From: Acidobacteriota bacterium
Lineage (GTDB): Bacteria > Acidobacteriota > Thermoanaerobaculia > Gp7-AA8
Assembly: GCA_019244185.1 (NCBI GenBank)
Contig: JAFATB010000002.1
Coordinates: 64,001-128,000 of the forward strand
DNA: 64,000 nt
Reading direction: 5' to 3'
In this document: one piece after another, positions 1 through 9,505 of the stretch
Layout of the letters: every line of letters begins with the position of its first letter
Position numbering within the stretch: the first letter of the stretch is position 1
Program-made: the position numbers and the translations under genes
The notes under the pieces: generated by a model
Told to the model about the DNA's origin: nothing
Database searches by the model: none
What the model saw: the letters and a program-made list of their open reading frames with translations, nothing else

Positions 1-98
1 AATTCAACGCGCGTTCCGTCTGCCGTAAAGCGGCGGAACTCGTCGACGGGCAGGCGCCGCTCTTCGTTGAAGCACGGCACGACGATGATCAGATGCAC
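1..98 (-). CDS. glycosyltransferase family 2, N-terminal fragment (runs off window)
   Basis: Manual translation from GTG 98: MHLIIVVPCFNEERRLPVDEF..., typical GT2 'VVP.FNE' start motif. Confidence 0.75.
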   Translation of the reverse strand, partial: MHLIIVVPCFNEERRLPVDEFRRFTADGTRVE

Positions 99-130
99 GG
101 CGCGCCATTCTGCACTAACTTGCTCGCTGC

Positions 131-754
131 ATGACGTTGTGCACGATCGAGACTCCGACGCACGGCCGCTTCCTTCATGAAGCGCGCGATCCGCGGCGTT
201 TGCTCGTCGGCTTTCACGGCTACGGCGAGAACGCCGAGTTGCACATGGCGGAACTGCAGCAGATCCCGGGCGCGGAGTCGTGGTCGCTCGTCGCCGTGCA
301 AGCGCTGCATCCGTTCTACACGCGCAGCGAGCAGGTGGTGGCGAACTGGATGACGCGGCAGGATCGCGAGCTCGCGATCGCCGACAACATCGAGTACGTG
401 CGCCGCGTGCTCGCAACGCTGCCGTCGCCGCGTACGCTCGTCTTCCTCGGCTTCTCGCAAGGCGCCGCGATGGCGTCACGCGCCGCCGCACGCGTCGCGT
501 CCGCGCAAGGTCTCATTCTCCTCGGCGGCGACATTCCGCCGGAGCTCCGTTCCGACGACGCGATCCGCTGGCCGGCGACGCTCCTCGCGCGCGGCGTGCG
601 CGACGACTGGTACACGGACGCGAAACTCGAGAGCGACGCGGCGTTCCTCGAACCGCGCACGCGCGTCACGCGCTGCATCTTCGACGGCGGCCACGAATGG
701 ACGAGCGAGTTCCGCGCGTCGGCGGGGGAGTTTCTGCGCACCGTTGATCGTTGA
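131..754 (+). CDS. phospholipase/carboxylesterase (alpha/beta hydrolase)
   Basis: FHGYG oxyanion loop, GFSQG nucleophile elbow, D and GGH catalytic positions. Confidence 0.85.
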   Translation: MTLCTIETPTHGRFLHEARDPRRLLVGFHGYGENAELHMAELQQIPGAESWSLVAVQALHPFYTRSEQVVANWMTRQDRELAIADNIEYVRRVLATLPSPRTLVFLGFSQGAAMASRAAARVASAQGLILLGGDIPPELRSDDAIRWPATLLARGVRDDWYTDAKLESDAAFLEPRTRVTRCIFDGGHEWTSEFRASAGEFLRTVDR

Positions 755-766
755 TCAGTGGTTCGC

Positions 767-2590
767 ATGTCTGCCCGCCTCGAACGCCTGAAAGCGCGCC
801 TCAAAGAGTTGCCCGAGCGGCCCGGCGTATATCTGCACAAGAACGCGGAAGGGCAGGTCATCTACGTCGGCAAGGCGCGCAATCTGCGCAACCGCGTGAC
901 CTCGTATCTCGTCGGCCGCGGCGCACGCGACGCGAAGACGATGACGCTGATCAACGAGATCGACGCCATCGACTTCGTCACGACGAACAACGAACTGGAG
1001 GCGATCCTCCTCGAGAACAACCTCATCAAGGCGCACCAGCCGCGCTACAACATCCTTCTTCGCGACGACAAGAGCTATCCGTATCTCAAAGTCACGCTGT
1101 CGGAGGATTACCCGAGGGTCGTGTTCACGCGGAGAGTCGACCGGAAGAAGGGCGATCTGTTCTTCGGGCCGTTCTTCGCTGGAACGGCGCGGCGCATCCT
1201 CAAGCTCGTCGCGGATCAGTTCAAGCTGCGCAGCTGCGATCTCGACATCGACGAAGGCAAGAGCGCGCTGTCGCGACCTTGTCTCTACTACGACATGCAT
1301 CAATGTCTCGGCCCGTGCGTGGTCGGGCTGACGACGTCCGCGGAGTATCGCGAGATGGTCGACGACGTCGTGCTGTTCCTCAGCGGCAAGTCGAAAGAGC
1401 TGCAGGCGCGGCTCGGCGAGCGGATGTACCGCGCGGCGGAGCAGGAGAACTACGAGATCGCGACGTACTACCGCGACCTCATCCGCACCGTCGAGCGCAT
1501 TCAGGCCGAGCAGCAGGTGGAATCGGCGGAAGACGAGGACATGGACGTCTGGGGCCTGTACGAAGAAGGCAACGATGTCGCCGTGCAGCTCTTCGTCATC
1601 CGCGGCGGCAGCGTCGTCGATCGGCGCGAGCTCTTCTGGGAGAAGATCGAGGAGTACCAGCCGGGCTACTTCCTGAGCGAGATCCTGCAGCGCTATTATC
1701 AAGATAACTTATTCATTCCAAACGAGATCCTCATGCCGTTCGAGGTCGAGGATCGCGATCTCCTCCTCGAATGGCTGGCCTCGCAGGCGCAGCGAAAAGT
1801 CAACCTGCGCGTGCCGCAGCGCGGGCGCGGCGTCGACCGGCTCGAGCTCGCCAACCGCAACGCGCGCCTCTCGCACGAGTCGCGGTTCAAGAAGTCGCAG
1901 CAGGATCGGCTCGCGATTGCCGCCGAGCGCCTCGGCACGATCCTCGGCTACGGCGACCGCGCGATCCAGAAGATCGAGTCGTTCGACATCTCGAACATCC
2001 AGGGCACGGACTCCGTCGCCGGCATGGTCGTTCTCGACCGCGGCAAGTTCGACAAGAACCAGTACCGCGTTTTCAACATCAAGACCGTCATCGGCGCGGA
2101 CGACTTCCGCTCGATGGCGGAGGCGGTCGATCGCCGGTACCGGCGCTTGCTCGAAGAGAGCAAAGCGCTGCCGGACATGATCCTCATCGACGGCGGACGC
2201 GGCCAGCTCAATGCCGCCCTCGCGGCGCTCAACAAGCTCGGCGTCGAGGAGATCCCGATCGCGGGGCTCGCGAAGCGCGAGGAAGAGATCTACGTTCCCG
2301 ATCGCGAAGAGCCGATCCGGCTCGACCGTCACGATCCGGCGCTGCAGCTGCTGCAGATGGTGCGCGACGAGACGCACCGCTTCGCCGTGTCGTCGCATCG
2401 CCGCCGCCGCGCGAAGCGCACGCTGCACAGCGCGCTCGACGATCTGCCCGGCATCGGCGAGAAGCGCAAGCGGCTGCTGCTCGAACGCTTCGGCAGCGTC
2501 TCCGCGATCAAACAGGCGTCTGCACAAGACCTGATGCACGTCCTCGGACGAAAAGTGGGGCAGACGTTGTGGGATGAGCTGCACGAATAG
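767..2590 (+). CDS. uvrC: excinuclease ABC subunit C
   Basis: GIY-YIG (PGVY...IYVGKA), IESFDISN, LIDGGRGQ, RDETHRFA, C-terminal HhH. Confidence 0.97.
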   Translation: MSARLERLKARLKELPERPGVYLHKNAEGQVIYVGKARNLRNRVTSYLVGRGARDAKTMTLINEIDAIDFVTTNNELEAILLENNLIKAHQPRYNILLRDDKSYPYLKVTLSEDYPRVVFTRRVDRKKGDLFFGPFFAGTARRILKLVADQFKLRSCDLDIDEGKSALSRPCLYYDMHQCLGPCVVGLTTSAEYREMVDDVVLFLSGKSKELQARLGERMYRAAEQENYEIATYYRDLIRTVERIQAEQQVESAEDEDMDVWGLYEEGNDVAVQLFVIRGGSVVDRRELFWEKIEEYQPGYFLSEILQRYYQDNLFIPNEILMPFEVEDRDLLLEWLASQAQRKVNLRVPQRGRGVDRLELANRNARLSHESRFKKSQQDRLAIAAERLGTILGYGDRAIQKIESFDISNIQGTDSVAGMVVLDRGKFDKNQYRVFNIKTVIGADDFRSMAEAVDRRYRRLLEESKALPDMILIDGGRGQLNAALAALNKLGVEEIPIAGLAKREEEIYVPDREEPIRLDRHDPALQLLQMVRDETHRFAVSSHRRRRAKRTLHSALDDLPGIGEKRKRLLLERFGSVSAIKQASAQDLMHVLGRKVGQTLWDELHE

Positions 2591-2644
2591 GCGATAATCG
2601 CCGCGATCCGCGGGACGCGAATTGTCGAAAGGGTGGGAGCCTGC

Positions 2645-4738
2645 ATGCTCGAAGGCGAGATCAGCGAGATTCAACTCATCGAACGGCTCGTAGAGCTGTG
2701 GCGCGAGCAGTTCACGGGAGCGATCCGCTTCGAGAACGACGGTATCATCAAGATCGTCTACTTCAAGAGCGGCGACGTGCTCTCCGCGAGCACGAACGAT
2801 CGCGCCGACAGCGTCGACGAGATTCTGATGCGCGCGGGCAAGGTCTCCCGCGAGCACGTCAAGCAGGCGCTCGCGAAGCGGAAGGAAAGCGAGACGCTCG
2901 GCGACGCGCTCCTGAACCTCGGCTTCATCACCCGCAAGGAGCTGACGTGGGCGCGGCGCGTTCAGGTCGTCGGCGTCATCCGCTCGATCGCCGCGTGGAC
3001 GCACGGCTCGTTCACCATCGTCGCCGACTATCTGCCGAAGCGCGACGAAGGCACGCTCTTCCCGCTGCCGCAGCTCCTCGTCGAGCTGATCGTCACCGAA
3101 CAGGATCGTCCGCGTTTCGAGCGGGCGATGGACGGCGGCGACGCGATCTTCGCGAAGGCCGCCGACTTCGACGACGTCTTCCGGCGCCTCGGATTGAATG
3201 AGGACGCCGAGGCGATCGCCGCGCAGATCGACGGCGAGAAGACCGCCGCGCAGGTGGCGATCGCGTCGGGACGCGACACCTTCAATGTCTACAAGCTGCT
3301 CGAGGCGCTGGCGACGTTGGGCGTTTTGACGCGCACCGCAAACCCTCAAGCATCACCTCAGCTTTCGGCGGATGACTTTGCAACGGCAGGAGTTGCGGAC
3401 GCCTCGGAGATGTGGTCCGAGCCGCCGCAGCCCTCGGAGCCGCAGTTCGAGTTCGACGAGACGGAGACGATGGCGATGCCGGAACCGGCGCCACACGTGC
3501 CCGCCTACGAAACCTCGCCGGCGGTCACCGCGACGTCGGCGTGGGATGACGAGGACGAGCCGCCGGTGACGGCGAAGATGCCGGCGTGGGACACGCCGCC
3601 GCGCGAGCCGCTGGCGGTTCCGATCCCGGCGCAGATCGAGCCGCCCGCGGATGCGGACGAGGACCAGTGGGGCTTCGACGAGGCGCAGCTCGAGACGGCG
3701 CGCCGCGCGTCGGTGCCGCTGCGCGAGTCCGATCCGCCCGCCGACGATCTCGATCTCGTCGATCCGGCTGCCGCGCCGCCGCCGCGCACCGGACGTCGTT
3801 ACGGCTTCATCGTGACGGTTCTCGTGCTGCTGATTCTCGGCGGCGTTGGCTACGGCGCGTTCCTCTGGTGGCAGAGCCGCGACGCGCAGGTCGCCTCCTC
3901 GGAACCGCTCGCCGTGCCGCGTGCGCGAAGGATGCGCAAACCGGCCACGACGACGGCAGAGGCGAGCCTCGCGACGTCTGCGCCGACGACTACCGACGCG
4001 ACGAGCACCGCCACGCCAACGACGACGACGTTCACGCCGCAGTTGAGCGCGACGACGACCACGCCGCCGCTGAGCGCGGCCGCGACGACCGCCGCACCGG
4101 CGAACATCACGCGCAACGCCCCGTCATCCGTCGCGACGACGCCGGTGACGACGACGACTGCGCCGGCGTCGGCGGCGAACGCGCGTCAGCCGATGCGCGT
4201 GACCGCGACGCCTCCGGTGAGCACCGCCGTGCCGACGACGCATGCGGCGACGCCATCGCCCGCGCCTGCGGCTGCCAACACGCATCAACCGATGCGCGTC
4301 ACGGCCGCGCCGCCGGCGACGAACGGGCGCCCCACACCCGCAACGACTCCCGCCGCTACGCATCAGGCCACGCCAGCTTCCGCCACGCCCGCAACCGACA
4401 CGCAGCCGCTCCCGACCGTCACGCGCAAGGCGACGCCGGCAGCCGCGTCGCGCACGCGCGATCAGTACGACGCGATGGCGCGCGAGTACGCGGCGAATGC
4501 GACCGGCAACTACACCGTGCAGATCCAGATCCTCTGTCAGGAGTCGAATCTCGCCGGCGCGATTCGCAGCGGCGGCAGCAACGTCTGGTTCGTGCCGCAG
4601 ACGCTGGGCGGGCGCGCGTGCTATCGCGTGTTTTGGGGACGCTACCCGACGCGCGATGCGGCGCAGAGTGCGATGGCGTCGATCCCTTCCGCGCTGCGCG
4701 ACAAGAGCGCGGCGGTCAAAGCCGTGCCGAAGCACTGA
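2645..4738 (+). CDS. DUF4388/PATAN-like N-terminal domain, single TM, T/A/P-rich linker, C-terminal SPOR-like domain
   Basis: LEGEISEIQLIERLVELWREQFTGAIRF..IVYFKSGDV start; TM YGFIVTVLVLLILGGVGYGAFLWW; C-terminal YTVQIQ...YRVFWGRYPTRDAA. Confidence 0.7.
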   Translation: MLEGEISEIQLIERLVELWREQFTGAIRFENDGIIKIVYFKSGDVLSASTNDRADSVDEILMRAGKVSREHVKQALAKRKESETLGDALLNLGFITRKELTWARRVQVVGVIRSIAAWTHGSFTIVADYLPKRDEGTLFPLPQLLVELIVTEQDRPRFERAMDGGDAIFAKAADFDDVFRRLGLNEDAEAIAAQIDGEKTAAQVAIASGRDTFNVYKLLEALATLGVLTRTANPQASPQLSADDFATAGVADASEMWSEPPQPSEPQFEFDETETMAMPEPAPHVPAYETSPAVTATSAWDDEDEPPVTAKMPAWDTPPREPLAVPIPAQIEPPADADEDQWGFDEAQLETARRASVPLRESDPPADDLDLVDPAAAPPPRTGRRYGFIVTVLVLLILGGVGYGAFLWWQSRDAQVASSEPLAVPRARRMRKPATTTAEASLATSAPTTTDATSTATPTTTTFTPQLSATTTTPPLSAAATTAAPANITRNAPSSVATTPVTTTTAPASAANARQPMRVTATPPVSTAVPTTHAATPSPAPAAANTHQPMRVTAAPPATNGRPTPATTPAATHQATPASATPATDTQPLPTVTRKATPAAASRTRDQYDAMAREYAANATGNYTVQIQILCQESNLAGAIRSGGSNVWFVPQTLGGRACYRVFWGRYPTRDAAQSAMASIPSALRDKSAAVKAVPKH

Positions 4739-4760
4739 CGGCGGGCGAGGCGCGACGCCG

Positions 4761-5180
4761 GTGCCGTGGCTCATCGACGGCTCGAACGTGCTCGGCGGCG
4801 AGCGTTACGCCGATGACGCGAAGCGGCGGCTCGTGCGCTTGCTCGCGTCGTTCGCGCGCGCGAAACGGACGCGCGTCACCTGCGTCTTCGACGGTCCGGA
4901 GCCGCCGAGCTTCGCGCGCCATCTCGGCGCGGTGAGCGTCGTCTTCGGCGGTACGCGTTCGGCGGACGACGTCATCGCCGAGCGCGCGGCGAACGGCCGC
5001 GGTTGGAGTGTCGTCACGTCGGATCGCGGACTCGCCGCGCGCGTGCAGCGTCGGCAGGTGACGGTGGTTGCGCCGCGCGCGTTTCTGCGCGACATTGAGC
5101 TCACGGCGACGACCGAAGACGCGGGCGAGGAGGACTGGCTCGCGTATTTTTCCGATCCGAAAAACCGGGAGAAATTTTGA
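4761..5180 (+). CDS. NYN/YacP-like PIN-domain nuclease
   Basis: WLIDGSN, VFDG, SADDVI, VVTSDRGL acidic motifs. Confidence 0.8.
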   Translation: MPWLIDGSNVLGGERYADDAKRRLVRLLASFARAKRTRVTCVFDGPEPPSFARHLGAVSVVFGGTRSADDVIAERAANGRGWSVVTSDRGLAARVQRRQVTVVAPRAFLRDIELTATTEDAGEEDWLAYFSDPKNREKF

Positions 5181-5270
5181 TGTCGGCGCGCCGACATTGT
5201 TTCTAAGTGCTTAAATCAGAAGCAATTTAGCGGACGGAATTTCATGTCGGCGCGATGCTTTATCCTGTCC

Positions 5271-5655
<385 letters not shown>

Positions 5656-5677
5656 TTCCTTTGCTAGCATCCAGCGC

Positions 5678-6619
5678 GTGACGCTCATCCGGCCCCGCGC
5701 CCTCCCATCCAACGCCCACATCGCCGTTCTCGCCGCCTCGTCGCCGTCCGACGTCGCGCGCATCGAGTCCGGCGCGCGCGCCATCGAACAGCGCGGCCAT
5801 CGCGTGACGCTCGCCGCGAACATCGGCTCGCGCCACCGCGGCTATCTCGCCGGCAGCGACGCCAAACGCGTCGCGGAGATCAACCGCTTTCTCCGCTCCG
5901 ACGAATACGACGCGTACTTTTTCGCGCGCGGCGGCTACGGCGCGATGCGCATCCTCGACGATCTCGACTACGACGCCATCGCCGCGAACCCGCGCCCGAT
6001 CGTCGGCTTCAGCGACATCACCGCCATCCATCATGCGATGGCCGTTCGCGTCAACGTCGCCGGTCTGCACGGACCGATGGTGAACCTCGACTTCAACGAC
6101 GGACTCACACCCGACGTCGACGCGTGGCTCTGGTCGATGCTCGCCGGCGAGGCGCCGCTCGTGCGCGACTTCGCACGCGAAGACGTCGTCTGTGAAGGCG
6201 AAGCCGAAGGTCCGCTCTTCGGCGGCTGTCTCTCGCTCACCACCGCGCTCCTCGGCACGCCCTACGACTATTGGATCGACGGCGGCATCTGGTTCTGGGA
6301 AGACGTCGACGAGCCGCTCTACCGCATCGACCGTATGTTGACCCACTTACGGCTGTCTGGCAGAATGCCGCAAATCCGAGGTGTGGTCATCGGCACGTTG
6401 AAAAACTGCGGGAATGAGGCCGATTTACTGGCCTTTTTGCGCGAATTCTTCGGCGGCCTGTCCATCCCCGTCGTACGCAATCTGCCGTTCGGTCACCAGG
6501 GAAACAATCTCCTCATGCCGATCGGAGTTCCCGTTCGCCTGAGCACCGCTGAGCATACGTTGACGATCACCGAACCCGCGGTTGCGCTCCAGCCGGCGGC
6601 GAGGTCTCACCGCACATGA
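5678..6619 (+). CDS. ldcA: LD-carboxypeptidase (peptidase S66)
   Basis: ARGGYG, GFSDIT, GGCLS, WEDVDE, PFGH motifs. Confidence 0.9.
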   Translation: MTLIRPRALPSNAHIAVLAASSPSDVARIESGARAIEQRGHRVTLAANIGSRHRGYLAGSDAKRVAEINRFLRSDEYDAYFFARGGYGAMRILDDLDYDAIAANPRPIVGFSDITAIHHAMAVRVNVAGLHGPMVNLDFNDGLTPDVDAWLWSMLAGEAPLVRDFAREDVVCEGEAEGPLFGGCLSLTTALLGTPYDYWIDGGIWFWEDVDEPLYRIDRMLTHLRLSGRMPQIRGVVIGTLKNCGNEADLLAFLREFFGGLSIPVVRNLPFGHQGNNLLMPIGVPVRLSTAEHTLTITEPAVALQPAARSHRT

Positions 6620-7407
6620 AGGCTGTCTTCAAGACCACCGGCGGCGGCACCGGCCGCGATCCTCTCAAGGACGCGCAGCTGCTCTTCTCCGCCGGAGAAC
6701 GCATCTTCGCGCAGGGCGACCTCGGCACGGAGATGTTCATCATCCAGGAAGGCGAAGTGCAGATCGTCAAGCACATCGGCGGCGAATCGCACATCCTCTC
6801 GCGGCTCGAGAAAGGCGACTTCTTCGGCGAGATGGCGCTGCTCGAGGCGATGCCGCGCACCGCGGATGCCGTCGCCGTCACCGAGGTGCGCGCCGTCGCC
6901 ATCAACGGCTCGCGCTTCGACGAGATGCTGCGTAAGAACCCCGAAGTCGCCGTGCGCATCATCCGCAAGTACTCGAAGCGGCTGCGCGAGGCGAACGAAC
7001 TCCTCGAAAAGCTCGCCGGACGCGAAGTCGACGTCGATCATCTCGCGATGGACGCGACGGTTGTCGCTCCCGCCGAGAAAGCGACGCGCCATCGGCTCGT
7101 CGATCTCACCACCGGCACCGCGTTCTTCTTCAGCAACGCCGACGAGACGACCATCGGCCGCGCCGATCCGGTGACCGGGATTCTGCCCGACATAGATCTC
7201 ACGCCGGTCGACACGAACCGCTCCGTCTCGCGGCGTCACGCGAAGATCATCCGCTCCGGCGACTCGTACTACGTGCTCGAGGAAGTCGGCACCGTCAACG
7301 GCACGTACGTCAACGACCAGCGCATCCCCACCGGCGTGCCCGTGACGCTGCACAACACCGACCTGCTGAAGATCGGGCTCATCTCGATGAAGGCCGTCTT
7401 CGACTGA
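6616..7407 (+). CDS. cyclic nucleotide-binding domain + FHA domain protein
   Basis: GDFFGEMALL..PRTA cNMP cassette; IGR..VSRRHA..NGTYVN FHA motifs. Confidence 0.9.
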   Translation: MKAVFKTTGGGTGRDPLKDAQLLFSAGERIFAQGDLGTEMFIIQEGEVQIVKHIGGESHILSRLEKGDFFGEMALLEAMPRTADAVAVTEVRAVAINGSRFDEMLRKNPEVAVRIIRKYSKRLREANELLEKLAGREVDVDHLAMDATVVAPAEKATRHRLVDLTTGTAFFFSNADETTIGRADPVTGILPDIDLTPVDTNRSVSRRHAKIIRSGDSYYVLEEVGTVNGTYVNDQRIPTGVPVTLHNTDLLKIGLISMKAVFD

Positions 7408-7412
7408 TCGTC

Positions 7413-9485
7413 GTGCCGCTCGCGCCCGACACGCCGCTGCAGTTCGTCAAAGGCGTCGGCCAGGGTCGCGCCGCCGCGCTCGAAGCCGCCGGCCTCACCA
7501 CCGTTCGCGATCTCCTCTTCTTCTTCCCCTTCCGCTACGAAGACCGTCGCCATCCGACGCGCATCGCCGACCTCGGGCGTCGCATCGACACGCCCGTGCT
7601 CCTGCGTGGCCGCGTCACGTCGGCGCACGCGGGCGTCACGCGTTTCAAGCGGATGCGCATCTTCGAGGCGGTGCTCGACGACGGCACGGGCTCGGTCAAG
7701 CTGATCTGGTTCAATCAGGCGTATCTCGCCGAGCAGATCCAGCGCGGCGACCGCCTCTCGGTGTACGGCGCGCCGCGTTCGAGCGGCTATCGCGCGCTTT
7801 CGATCGAAAGTCCTGACTGGGAAAAGTTCGAAGGCGACGAGGACGATGAAGGCGCGATCGTCCCGATCTACTCCAAAGTCGGTAATCTGCAGCCGAAGTT
7901 CGTCCGGCGCCTCGTCGCGACCGCACTTGAAGCGTTACCTCAGCTTTCCGATCCGCTATCGGACGACCTGCGCGCGCGGCTCGGCGTCACGGATCTCCCT
8001 ACGGCCATCCGCGCGCTCCATCAGCCGCCGGAGCTCGACGACGCATTTCTGCGCCAGCGCTCGCCGGCGCACCTGCGCGTCATCCTGCAGGAGTTCTTCA
8101 CGCTGCAGCTCGCGTTGCGCGTGCGCCGCGTCGCGGAAGAAGTGGCGAAGAAGTCGCGGACGATCCGCGTCGACGACGAGCTGCGCGAGGAGGTACGGCG
8201 CATCCTGCCGTTCCAGCTCACGGGTGCACAGAAACGTGTGCTACGTGAGATCGCCGACGATTTGCAGAGCGACCGTCCGATGTACCGCCTGCTGCAGGGC
8301 GACGTCGGCAGCGGCAAGACCATCGTCGCGCTCATCGCCGCGGTGCTGATGATCCGCAACGGCCATCAGGTGGCGCTGCTGGCGCCGACCGAGATCCTCG
8401 TCGAGCAGCACTACCAGCGCATTCGTCAACTACTTGACCAAAGTGGAATCGTGCTCGCGCGCGCGACCGGCTCGATGGTCGCCGGCGAGCGGCGTACGCT
8501 GCTCGCCGGTCTGCGCACCGGCTACATCCAGCTGGTCGTCGGCACGCACGCGCTGCTCGAGGAGCGCGTCACGTTCCAGTCCCTCGGCCTGGCCATCGTC
8601 GACGAGCAGCATCGCTTCGGCGTCGAGCAGCGGCAGAAACTCTTCGCGAAGGGCGAGCTGCCGGACATCCTTGTGATGACCGCGACGCCGATCCCGCGGT
8701 CGCTCGCGCTGGCCATCTACGGCGACCTCGAGCTCTCCGTGATCGACGAGCTTCCGCCGGGACGCCAGCGCATCAAGACCGTCGTGCGTGCGTCGCACGA
8801 GGTCGAGCGCGTGTACGACTTCATCGACTCCGAGATCGACGCCGGCGCGCAGACGTACATCGTCTATCCGATCATCGAGGAGTCGGAGAAGACGAACCTC
8901 AAGCCGCTGTCGCAGGGCTTCGCGTCGATGCAGCAGCGCTTTCCGAACCGCCGCGTGGCGATGCTGCACGGGCGCATGAAGAGCGACGAGAAGGACGCGG
9001 TCATGCAGCGCTTCAAGCGCGGCGAGATCGATATCCTCGTCGCAACGACCGTCATCGAAGTCGGCATCGACGTCCCGAACGCGTCGATGATGCTCATCGT
9101 CGACGCCGACCGCTTCGGCCTCTCGCAGCTGCATCAGTTGCGCGGCCGCGTCGGACGTGGCGAGCGAAAGTCGTACTGTGTGCTCGTGCACGACGACACG
9201 ATCGCCGGCGAGGCGCGCGACCGTCTGCTCGCGTTCGAGCGTTCTCGAGATGGCTTCGACGTCGCCGAGCAGGACCTTCAGATCCGCGGCCCCGGCGAGT
9301 TCCTCGGCACGCGTCAATCCGGCGCGATGCGCTTCCGCTTCGGCAACATCGTCCGCGACTACGACCTCATGGAAAAGGCGCGCGACCTCGCCATCGCCGT
9401 GACCGCCGAGAGTCTGCCCCGTGCCGAAGAGACCGCGCGCGCACTCCTCGGCATGCCCGTGCCCGAGGCGACGGAACGCGACTGA
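7413..9485 (+). CDS. recG: ATP-dependent DNA helicase RecG
   Basis: LLQGDVGSGKT, DEQHRFG, TATPIPR, QLRGRVGRG. Confidence 0.97.
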   Translation: MPLAPDTPLQFVKGVGQGRAAALEAAGLTTVRDLLFFFPFRYEDRRHPTRIADLGRRIDTPVLLRGRVTSAHAGVTRFKRMRIFEAVLDDGTGSVKLIWFNQAYLAEQIQRGDRLSVYGAPRSSGYRALSIESPDWEKFEGDEDDEGAIVPIYSKVGNLQPKFVRRLVATALEALPQLSDPLSDDLRARLGVTDLPTAIRALHQPPELDDAFLRQRSPAHLRVILQEFFTLQLALRVRRVAEEVAKKSRTIRVDDELREEVRRILPFQLTGAQKRVLREIADDLQSDRPMYRLLQGDVGSGKTIVALIAAVLMIRNGHQVALLAPTEILVEQHYQRIRQLLDQSGIVLARATGSMVAGERRTLLAGLRTGYIQLVVGTHALLEERVTFQSLGLAIVDEQHRFGVEQRQKLFAKGELPDILVMTATPIPRSLALAIYGDLELSVIDELPPGRQRIKTVVRASHEVERVYDFIDSEIDAGAQTYIVYPIIEESEKTNLKPLSQGFASMQQRFPNRRVAMLHGRMKSDEKDAVMQRFKRGEIDILVATTVIEVGIDVPNASMMLIVDADRFGLSQLHQLRGRVGRGERKSYCVLVHDDTIAGEARDRLLAFERSRDGFDVAEQDLQIRGPGEFLGTRQSGAMRFRFGNIVRDYDLMEKARDLAIAVTAESLPRAEETARALLGMPVPEATERD

Positions 9486-9505
9486 CAGCCCTGCGGTTAA
9501 CCGCG

